Part shown: piece after piece, positions 47,701-64,000 of the stretch | How positions within the stretch are numbered: position 1 is the stretch's first letter | Layout of the letters: each line of letters opens with the position of its first letter | NCBI GenBank assembly: GCA_051294375.1 | Contig: CM119264.1 | Span: 25,599,662-25,663,661 of the forward strand | Reading direction: 5' to 3' | Length of the DNA: 64,000 nt | Source: Paraspadella gotoi | Lineage: Eukaryota; Animalia; Chaetognatha | Notes under the pieces: generated by a model | Databases searched by the model: none | Told to the model about the DNA's origin: nothing | What the model saw: the letters and a program-made list of their open reading frames with translations, nothing else | Program-made: the position numbers and the translations under genes

Positions 47701-49499
47701 TCCCATCCTTTTCTCTTCAATAACGCTTTTGTTCTTTTATCTCTTCCACACAACCTCTCCTCTCCTCTGTCGTCGTTCTCTCCGTTTCTCTCTCTCGGTC
47801 TCTCTCTTCTTCTCTCTCTCTCTCTCTTCTCTCTCTCGCTTCTCTCTCTCTCTCCTCCACCCCACCATATTTTGTTTTTGCTTTCAACTAACGTGGTGTC
47901 TCCTGTCTTTCAGTAAAATTTACGAGCTTTTTTTTACAAATCGCACGCGAAACCGCCCCCCTTCCTCTCCCATTCGTCACCGAGAGAGCCCGCAACCATC
48001 AGCGACGCTGCGTTCTCATGTGTGCCACCGTGTGTTTCAGTCCTGGCAATGTCAAATATGTATAATAATGGGAAGTAATTGGTTGCAGTCAACTAAAGAT
48101 TCATTTCCGTTTTTGAAATCAGAGAAAAGAAAAAAAAAACGGAATTTTTTTTTCACAGACACTCATCTCTCGTCTTCAAGTTCCATCGTACTCTTTCTGT
48201 CCGTTAGTCTTTCTCTCTCTTTCTCTGTCTTCTTGTCCTTCTCGTCCCTCTTTCTGCTCTTCTCGTCTGTCTTAAAAGTTCTCGTTCTGTATCGTTTGAA
48301 CAGAATTTAAAGTTTCTTCGCGCGGGACGTCATAAAAAAAAGAAAAAAAAAAGACTGCCTCAATTGGCGCAAAATCTGCGAAAAACACAGCGGACGTCTC
48401 AAAATCGTTGATTACAGGACGATGTGATTGGAATGCGACGATGAAAGAGCTAAGGAGAGAGAGAGGATAAGTTTTTTGTTAAAAAACAAGAAAAAAATAA
48501 AAAGTTCAAAACGTCTTTGTGTTTAAAAACCATTATCAAGTCATTGAAAGTTTAATATCCGCGATGGTTTCAAACAATTTGCGTGATATAGCAGCGAGAA
48601 ACGTTGAATTGTTTTGGAAATCTTTTTAAAAAACATTCGTACGCGAGAAGCTTCCTCAAGGCGCCCTCCTGATTCGAACAGGCTCGGAATGGGGAGGGGG
48701 TGTTAATCAGCAGTGTTGGAAGCGTCGGCCGTAGGCGGGAGAACGGCTCAACGTCGACGTGCTGGGAATAGCGTAATATCTGGTTTCTGAAGTGTTCCTT
48801 GTTTTCCGCGAATTGAGATCGCGTCGAGAATAATTTTGAAGAAGGAAGAAAAGGGGTCGATTTGATAGAATCTTTAGTTCCCTCTNNNNNNNNNNNNNNN
48901 NNNNNNNNNNTGGCAAAGATACGACGTTGTACGTTTTTACGTCAGTTATTATAAATCGTTTATAAATTGTTATAAACTGAACCGTTTTAATTCCTCGTCG
49001 TCTGCATTTAAAGTAAATAAACATTTAAAAAACACGTTGAATTCTCAGTTGTCGTCTACAAAAGTCAGCCAAATAAACAAACAGTCGAGGCAACTGAAAC
49101 AAATACAATTAGAAATCGAATAAACATAAACAACATAAACAGACGAACAAAACTAATTTGAGCAGCGACGTACGTGGCACCAATAACGACGACGACGACG
49201 ACGACGACAACCCTAGCCTCATCTCTCGGCGGATGGCGTCTTCATGAATTCGAAGGCGAATCTTCGATGGCGAATTACTTCCTTCTCCTCTTCCTCTTCC
49301 TCCGTGCCTTTTTATATTCAGCTCCTGAGTCTTCGGCTTCTGCTTTTTGACCAAAGATTAATGGTTATTCCATTTCAGACAGCGTGAAGAGAGAAGGAGA
49401 GAGTTTAGAGAGAGAGAGAGAGAAGAGAGATGAGAGAGAGAGAGTAGAGAGAGAGAGAGAGAGAGAGAAGAGAGAGGAGAAGAGAGTAGAGAAGAGAGA

Positions 49500-52400
49500 G
49501 AGAGAGAAATGGAGAGATCGAGGTACGTGTAACGTCGAGAAACAGACGTGCGGATTAAGTGAGATGATACCAAACGGCTACAACAGGATGAACAGACTGG
49601 CAGTCAGACAGAAGGAAAGAAGAAAAGAAAGAAAGAAAGAAAGAGGGATAGAAAGAAAAAAAAAGAAAGAAAGAAAGAAAAGGATAAGAAAAAAGAAAGC
49701 AATGAGAAGAACAAGACAGAAGAAGGAAAAGGAAAGAAGAAGAGGAAAGTAAGAAAGAAAGAAAGAAGAATAGAGAGAAAGATAGAAGAAAGAAAGAAAG
49801 AAGCAAGAAAGAAAGAAAGAAATGAAAGCAAGAAAGAAAGAAACAAGAAAGAAAGGAAAGATAAGAAGAAAAGAAGAAGAAGAAGAAAGAAAGAAAAGAA
49901 AGAAAGAAAGAAAGAAAGAAGATAGAGAGAAAGAATAGAAGAAAAGAAAGAAAAGTGAGACTGGAGAACGACATGGCACCCTTCGTCCGAAGATTCACAA
50001 ATTTTAGCCTCATCAGTTTCGAACTGTATCCAAAAGAATCAAAAAACTAATCGTTTCGACAGAAATTCTGTCGGCGAGGAGAGCACGAGGAAAGCAATCT
50101 TCATGTGAAAGCAATTCCTCTCATTCTGAAGGAAAATTGTAAGCTTCGAAAACTAAAGATATTCTCTCTTCTCTCTCTCCTCTCTCTCTCTCTCTTCTCT
50201 CTTCTTCTCTTGCTCTTCCTTCATCTCAGCTCCTTTCTCCTCTTTTCCTTCCTCTTCTTCTCGTTCTCCTCCCTCATCAACCAATAATCATATAATACAT
50301 AACCAATCTGTCTATAGAAAATCAAAGAGACTGGGACCTATTTATAAATATAACTTTCTTATTTTCATTATTTCCAAGTTTACAACTTTTTAAAAACACA
50401 GAATAAGCCAATTTACAGTACAACACCAAAACGGCAATAAATTTAAAGAAAAAAAACTTATTGTTAGTTCCGAACCCCTTGTCAATAAAAGGTAAATATT
50501 TTATTCGAGGTATTTCACGAGAATAGAAAGGTAATGAGGAAGTTACATTTCGAACCACGTTAATTCGCCGGTTGTATGATCTTAAGACGCGATAAAAAGT
50601 TTATTTAGTATGGTGTTTATAGATCTTCTAGAAATACAGAGGGAGCCCTTTGCGAAGTTGACCCATTGCACAGATCTGCAATGCCAAAATGAATACTTAA
50701 ATTGTACTACGATGTAATTTTTAACTAAGTATGATTAGTTTTTGGAAAGTTACATTTTCAGCCAAGAATGTAGGCAATTTTGGGTAAAAGGATTTCGTTT
50801 GGAAATATGGTATTAATTAGGTCAGGTCTGAAGAGACAACACAACGAAACTCGCACATTCGACAAATTTCAAAATACGAAAGAAGACACAAAGACAGGAA
50901 TAAGCAATAAGATTATGGGTCTTAAGGCAAGGTGTGGACACAATCGAGCGCAAAAATATTAAGCCGAGTCAGTTTACATATATTATAAGGAACGAGTAAC
51001 AAAAATCTCGAGGTAAAAAAGAGGGGAACAAAATAAATATGTCAACACGAAAGAGAGGATGCCAAAGGGAAATTTGAATATCGAGATAGAGCAACTGAAA
51101 CCGGGATTTAGTAAAAGAAACAGAGTTTATTCAAGGGTTTGAAATGCACTCCTGAAGGTCGAAAGGGAGAAGGTAAAGGCAATATTTAAGATAATCATTG
51201 TGAAAAAAAAAAAGGAAACGGAACTCTATATAAAATCGGAGTACTTGAAAGTCTTCAGCCAAACGACTATAGAATGTTAATCATGAGATCGATGGCTTCT
51301 TTAACACAGGTTTGTATATGGACTAATCTGCCCGGGATGAGCTAGCTCTTATTCACAGGTGGAGAGTGAAATAAGCGCAGTTTTGAGAAGTGAGAGGTAG
51401 ATAAAAAGAATAAAGACACATTACTTTTCAGGGCTCGAGGGATGAAGGATGTAGGAGGTTTCTTTCACCCCCACAAAGCACAAAGGAAACTCAGGGAGAA
51501 TAAAGAACATATATATGGAGTGGATTGTGAAGACGATAAAAGATGATTTAAAATTAGAAAAAGAAAACACCAAAAGAGAGATCTCACCAAAAATCATTAA
51601 TGTCAAATAGATCACTTTCAGCTTATGTGAAAAGAAGAAAAACAAGTATTCATTGGTTTTTGGGAATAAAACTTTCCCGTATGACAGGCGGAATTACTTC
51701 AATTTTCAAAAAAGGTTTTTTTTTATTATTTTTTCTTTCAGTTTTTTTTTCTGCTTTGTTGCATAATATGCGTTTGATGATTTCCGAGAATTAGACACGG
51801 GAAGAAGAAGAAAGAAAAAAAAGTTATTAAAATGAAAAAAGAGAATTAGAATACACAGAAAGAAGAGAGAGAGAGAGTTTGAAGTTGAGGAGAGTTAAGA
51901 AGAGAATGAGGTGTTTAATTTGAATATAGACAGAGCAAGTGAGTTTAAAATAGAGGAATGTGAAACTAATTTTAGAAAAGAGCACGGTACTTGCCCACTC
52001 CTGCTTCCTCCAGGTGGGGTCTATCAGAGAGAACTTTTCCTTGCAGATTTCGATCCCGCAGAGAAAAGAGAGGAAAGATAACTAAAGAAAAAGAAGCCGG
52101 ATTAAAGTTAGTTTAATCTAAACGCCCTAGATGGGTTGGGAAGAGATGCCTTCCCCGATAAAAATGCTCGCTGTCTCAGTTCCGCTTTTTGCCGCTTTCT
52201 TCCCCTTTTCTTATCAATTCATTAAAATACAAAAGCGGGAAAAGTCCCTCGATCCTTCCAGGTCCAACCCCCGGGGCGACGGCATCTCGGCATCTCGGTA
52301 ATGGGAATCAACGATTACCTCGGATCGCGCGTCATGGGCATAATATCTTGTGCTCAATTTGCGGTTTTTCATAACCACCTAACACCGGGCAGACAGATTC

Positions 52401-53043
52401 GCTTCATCAAGGGCCGCTCTTCTAGATGATGAGTCCTATTTCAGCACACTATATAAAGGAATTTGGGCGAAGCGGGGCTAGGGAAAGATTTGACCCCAGG
52501 CGGACCCCGAAGAAGTATCCCGCGTCGCAGGGCAAAACGGACTCACAGAATTTTATCGTCAAAAACAGGAAAGGAGATTGGGCTGGGGGGCGGGTGTTAG
52601 ACTTCTCATAATTCCCTCGGGACTTAACGTTAAAATAAGCCCCGTTTAGAGCCGTCAACCCGCCAGGGATATTGTCCTCAGCTGTAGCGGGGTTGGGCGG
52701 GGGACACCGGATGTTCACCATGGGCACTGTATCCGGTTCTACGTAGTTATCTTTGTGTTAGAATGTTGTTATGGTTTTTGCATAATAATAGAGCGTTTGT
52801 TGCTGGTTTTGGTTAGGCTTCAAAATTGTATAATGAAACGGTGAAGGAATCTGTGAAAGTGGCAGCGCTCGCGTTGCTAATATAGTTCATCGACATTCGT
52901 CGTCACACAGAGAAGTACCTTGTGTTCCATAAAGACTCCGAATGTCACACGTAGTTATAGCTAAACATTCACAGATATCTAAACCATCGACATTATTTCG
53001 CTACTTAAAAGCCATTCACTCAATCTTCCTTTTATACTCTGAC
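49500..53043 (+). other. Noisy duplicate of 53075-55480, ending at an N-gap (assembly artefact)
   Basis: Colinear anchors ACAGACGTGCGGATTAAGTGAG, ACATGGCACCCTTCGTCCGAAGAT, GTTAGTTTAATCTAAACGC and ACGGTGAAGGAATCTGTGA, increasingly insertion-rich toward the gap. Confidence 0.8.
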
Positions 53044-53184
53044 NNNNNNNNNNNNNNNNNNNNNNNNNAGAGAGAGAGAGAGAAATGGAAGAGATCGACG
53101 GTACGACGTCGAGAAACAGACGTGCGGATTAAGTGAGTGATACAAACGGACAGACAGGATGCCCCAGACTGGCAGTCAGACAGA

Positions 53185-53260
53185 AGGAAAGAAAGAAAGA
53201 AAGAAAGAAAGAAAGAGGGAAGAAAGAAAGAAGAAAAGAAAGAAAAGAAAGAAAGAAAGC

Positions 53261-53296
<36 letters not shown>

Positions 53297-53395
53297 AATA
53301 GAAGAAAGAAAGAAAAGAAGATAGAGAGAAAGAATAGAAGAAAGAAAGAAAGAAAGCAAGAAAGAAAGAAAGAAAGAAAGAAGAAAGAAGAAAGC

Positions 53396-53463
<68 letters not shown>

Positions 53464-53495
53464 AGATAGAGAGAAAGATAGAAGAAAGAAAGAAA
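53185..53495. repeat. (AAAG)n microsatellite; second copy at ~49610-49952
   Basis: Directly visible. Confidence 0.95.
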
Positions 53496-53683
53496 GTGAG
53501 ACTGAGAAACGGACATGGCACCCTTCGTCCGAAGATCACAATCATTTTTACTCATCAGCGAATCTGATCCAAAAGAATCAAAAAACTAATCGCAGAATTC
53601 TGTCCGGGCGAGGAGAGCGAGGAAAGCAATCTTTCATGTGGAAAGCAATCTTTCATGAGGAAAATGTAAGCTTTCGAACTAAG

Positions 53684-53753
<70 letters not shown>

Positions 53754-54788
53754 TCTCTCTCTGCTTGAGGATAAACTCTATAATGTTATTTTTTTCTCGT
53801 TTCTCTTTTTAACAAAAACTTTTAACAGAAACAAAACAAAAAAAAAATTTAGTTCGACTTGTCATAAGCTAATTTTACATATTTACAATGGAAAGGTAAT
53901 GAATTATATTGAAAACGTTAGCCTTGAGATCAGCGATAAAAGTTTCTAGTATGGTGTTATAGATTTCTAAATCGTGACCTTGAAGTTGACATTCAGTCTG
54001 CAAATGCCAAATGAATACTTAACTGACTACGATGTAATTTTTACTAGTATGATTATTTGGAAAGTTCATTCAGCCAAGAAATGTAGGAATTTTGTAAAAG
54101 GGTTTCGTTTAATTTATTATTTCAGGTTTGACAAAAACAATGAATTCGACAATTTCAATACGACGGACTAGATGTGGTATTCAAAGTTGGCCTCGCGAAT
54201 TTAACCGTGTTTCATTTTTAAGCGAGTAAATTCGGTAAAGACAATAAAATGTCAACAAAACAGAAAAATGATTCGAGATAGAGCAACTGACGGATATAAA
54301 ACGATTTACAAGTGAATCATCTGATCGGAAAGAGTAAAATATAACGATAATTGAAAAAAAAAGGAAAACCCTTTAAATGTATGAAACAAAATAGAATGTT
54401 AATCATGATGTGTTTTTAACACATTTGAATCCTATTCCAAGATCGCGTGGCCATTCAAATGAAATGAAAAATAACGCAGTGGACGTAATTGTACAAAAAA
54501 GACAACAATGAAAATGAATTCGTTTCTTTCCAAAAAAAATCGGTAAAGAATTCATGGAATGATAAAAGAAAAAAAAACAAAAAAAAAAGAAATCCCATCA
54601 ATTAATGCAATAACATCCTTCAAATGTGAAAGAGAAACAGTCAGGTTTGAATAAACTTTCCGTATGAAGGCGGAATTACTACAAATCTATCAGTTTTCGC
54701 GTTGCATTGCGTTGATGATCGAGAATTAGAACGGGAAGAAGAAGAAGAGAAAAAGAAAGAAAAAGAAAAAAGAAAAAGAAAAAGAAAA

Positions 54789-54872
<84 letters not shown>

Positions 54873-55449
54873 AACTAGAAAAGAGCGGATTAAAAGTTAG
54901 TTTAATCTAAACGCTAGATGGGTTGGGAGAGATGCCTCTCCCGATAAAACTATGCTCGCTGCTCAGTCGCTTTTGCGCTTCTCTCCCCTTTTCTTATCAT
55001 TTAAAAAAAAAAGGGGGAAAAGCGTCCCTCGATCTTCCAGGGGCACCGGGCGACGGCATCTCGGCATCTCGGTATGGGATCTCGGCATCGGGTCTGGGAA
55101 ATATCTTGTGATAAATTGCGGTTATGCGACGGCCTCAGGGCGCCTCTATCGAACCATCTCTTCCGCCCATAAACAATGGCGACGGAGGGAAGAAGTTTTG
55201 ACGGCGGACGAGAGCGTCGCGTCGCAACGGACCCAGAATTTTATCGTCAAAAAAAAAATTGGGGCTGGGGGGGAGTGACTTTCTCTCGGGGACTTTAACT
55301 TAAATCAGCCCGTTGAGCCGCTTCGCTTACAGTCCCAGATCCGGTCTAATTTCTTTTTTAGAGTTTTATTTTTCAAAGGTTTTTAGTCATAAATTAAGAA
55401 CGGTGAAGGAATCTGTGACAAGTGGCAGCGTGGGCTATCGTCCTCGTCG

Positions 55450-60777
<5,328 letters not shown>

Positions 60778-62172
60778 CTGGAAATGAAGGATGGGGTTTG
60801 GGGGGATGGGAGGGACAGGGTGAGTGAGTTTTAAAGGGGTAGGTGCGTCTGGGAGGGAAAATTGGGACGTTCGCTTAAAAATGGGGATTTGGGATTGTGG
60901 AAGGGGAAAGTAGAATGTATGTAAAAGGGAGAAATGAAGTTTGGGGCTCGTGGGGCAGATCAAAAGATGAGGACAAAGGCCAATGGGTACAGACCCGGGT
61001 GGGGAGACATTGAAGGGAAAGGGGGATGTGAGTTGTGAGAGGTTCAGTGATGCGCAGACGATTAACAGGTTAATGAGACATGTTGAACGATTTAGTAGTC
61101 GGCAACAAGGATTCTACTGACTGATATTTAAAAAGAGAGACAGAGAGGGAATTATCAACATTGAATTTCATTCATAGTAAAAGACCAAACTGTAGAGTTC
61201 TTGACCAAGAGAAAATAGCAAGGAAAGCGATTGCCCGACATGTAAAAGTAATTGCGGACATTAAAAGCTTTTGGTCGACAGCGACTATTAACAAACTTAT
61301 TGAAGAGATTGTAGAAGTAATGGCCGACATGGAAAGTAATTAACCGACATGGCCGACATGGTCGGCATGGAAAAGGATAAAAATAAAGGAGGTGAGTCAT
61401 GTGGAGAGATTTTTGGATGGAGACGGTTGAGCGAGAAAGGAAAGCGAGCGAGACTTTTTATGAGTGTCGTGAAACCCAGTTTGATCTTTACCGTTCACCA
61501 TCATATTTCCAAATCCTATTTCTTTCCTATATTTTTTCTTGTGTTTTTTTTTTTTCTAAGGTTCTTTTATTCCTTTTTTTGTATTTTTCCTGGCTGCCTA
61601 TGTGATTCTGTTTTGCTTTTAAATACTTTTCTTTATGTTTAATTTACTACATCTACATTGTTTTGATAAAATCATTAACTTGGGAATTAAATCTGCTTTT
61701 TCATTGGAACTTGATTTAGAAATTTTATGAGGATTGTCAAAATCTACATCATCACGATTTCTCATGTCTATCATTTCATCCTCTTCATTTTAAAATATTA
61801 AACACAGGAAAAAATCTAATTTTTTTTCATTTCTCCTCATCCTCTTAACGACGCGATTTCATTCTCTCAAACCCCCCCTCCCTCGCCCCGCACATTCTCC
61901 ACCATCCTTTTTTTTTCCATCGCGTCTATAATTCGAAAATCGTGTTCCCGAGATGAGCGCCATTTTTGTCGGAAATGGAATTAACGCCGAGAAAGAGGAA
62001 GTCGGCGCCGCTGAAGCGTCGAACGTCGCCAACGGGCGCCAAACTGAGCGTCGTCCGACGCCGGTTCCGTTAGGAGGCGTCGCCGGAGCCCGGTTCCATT
62101 TAAGGTAATTCCGACGTTGGAGTCGATCTCGCTCTCTCTCTTCAATCGATCGCCGTAAGAGAGATGAGGGGG

Positions 62173-62260
<88 letters not shown>

Positions 62261-62543
62261 TTTGATTTTGATTTGATTTATTCTGCTCATAATGTTAATA
62301 AAACACATTTACAATCACAGGATCGTAAGAGAGCCGTACATGGATATTATATACATACAAGTATGTAAAAAATATAAAACAATAATTAAAATTCAGTAAA
62401 TAAATAAGCGAGGAAATGGTAAATTAAAAAAGAAAATTCTATATACAGATCATCTTAAGTTTATGATGGAACCTTTTCCAATTTTTACATTCCATACATT
62501 TTTCAATGTTAGCAATTATTATTCAATAGTTTTGAAGTATCTT

Positions 62544-62634
<91 letters not shown>

Positions 62635-64000
62635 GAATTGAAACACTGAACAATACATCACCAGTGGACAGCAACGAGAACGTCTAAGGGAAAAACGCGG
62701 AATGGAACTTTGATGTAAGCGGTTTATGGTTGAATGTCGAAAATACTTTAATTTAACGATATATATGACATTATATTTAATAAAAATAAAAGTACGTCTA
62801 TAGATTAAAAATGGACTTCCGTTACTTTTTCAGTTGTAATTGTAAAAATGAAACGTCAGATGTCAGAATTTAAAAAAATTGGGTCCTCGCTGTCATTGTT
62901 TACGTCGACGACAAAGATTCATAGGAAAGACGCTTTGTGGCGCGAATCTCGCGAGGGAAATTACATCCGGGGAGAAACGATAAATCAAAGAGGTCTTCGG
63001 AACTGGGGGGGAGGAGGAGGAGGCGGGTGGGGAGGGAAGATTTGGGAAATGCAATACGACGTGGATTGATGGTCGTCGAGAAAAATGCAATGTCGCTCTA
63101 ATGAATGAAAAGTCACGGGGGCGAGTATGATCACGGGGTGAATAAAAAAAAATATTGGAGTATTCGTCGTCNNNNNNNNNNNNNNNNNNNNNNNNNNNNN
63201 NNNNNNNNNNNNNNNNNNNNNNNNNNNNNNNNNNNNNNNNNNNNNNNNNNNNNNNNNNNNNNNNNNNNNNNNNNNNNNNNNNNNNNNNNNNNNNNNNNNN
63301 NNNNNNNNNNNNNNNNNNNNNNNNNNNNNNNNNNNNNNNNNNNNNNNNNNNNTCATTTCTTTCTCCCTTTTCTATTGACGATTCCATCATTAATTTCTTT
63401 TATTTCTTTAATTTTTTTTCATGTTTTTCTCTTTTCCTCCCTGACGATTTATTTACGCCCCCCTCCCGGTCTCATTCTTTCTTTGTATTTTCGGTCCGTC
63501 TTATCACTGTCTCTTTGCAAGTGCTGCTATATAGATTCGAATATCTAGATGTATGTGGTATATGTCTTCTTTCTCTCGCTTATTTGTGTGGAAAAAAGGG
63601 GAGCGAGGAGGCTGACGACTGCAGGGCAAAGGTATGAGAACGATAAGAAGTACATTGGAAGGAGAAAGAGAACGATAAAAGAGTGAGGAAGGGAGAGTAA
63701 AGAGGAAGAGACGGAGATGGGGCGAATGCAGACCGCGACGCAGTTCATCTCGATTTCCACTCGAGTTTAGAGGGGGAGGTGATAGGTCTCTCTCGCGGAT
63801 CGCAATTGGTTCGTCCTACTTAGCTTTCCATCATCAGTTTATATATTTTTCACATTCTTATTTCCTTGATAAAAGAGACAATAAAGTCACTCATAATTGT
63901 AAACGATTTTTTTGCGTGAGGCAAAGTGGGTTTCAGGCGACGGTTCAAGAAGTAGTAAAATAGAAGAGAGTAGAGAGATGAGAGAGAGAGAGAGAGAGGG

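Overview
This is intron-rich, AT-rich invertebrate (metazoan) genomic DNA, dense in (GA/CT)n and (AAAG)n microsatellites. It has N-gaps and several indel-rich duplicated blocks that look like long-read assembly artefacts. Most ORF-track entries are microsatellite noise; the real genes were rebuilt by hand from splice sites and exon phases. Four genes are supported. (1) A + strand class II myosin heavy chain (15950-26623, 18 coding exons found, start exon not found) has an intact motor but only a ~200-aa Ala-rich tail, so it lacks the filament-forming rod; noisy copies of its 5' part lie at 294-10293 and 10319-11700. (2) A complete 14-exon - strand type I membrane protein (36549-28087, ~666 aa) has a signal peptide, three exon-paired Cys-rich repeats, a Shavenoid-like region, a TM helix and an NPxY/Tyr-motif tail. 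(3) The 3' exons of a very small + strand gene lie at 37232-37799. (4) The last six exons of an ARHGAP39/Vilse-type RhoGAP lie on the - strand (60777-55450). Also present are a 70-bp hAT-type MITE with an 8-bp TSD, a ~610-bp foldback element, minisatellites, two hairpin-dense intronic inserts, and an RNA stem over the acceptor of the last myosin coding exon.
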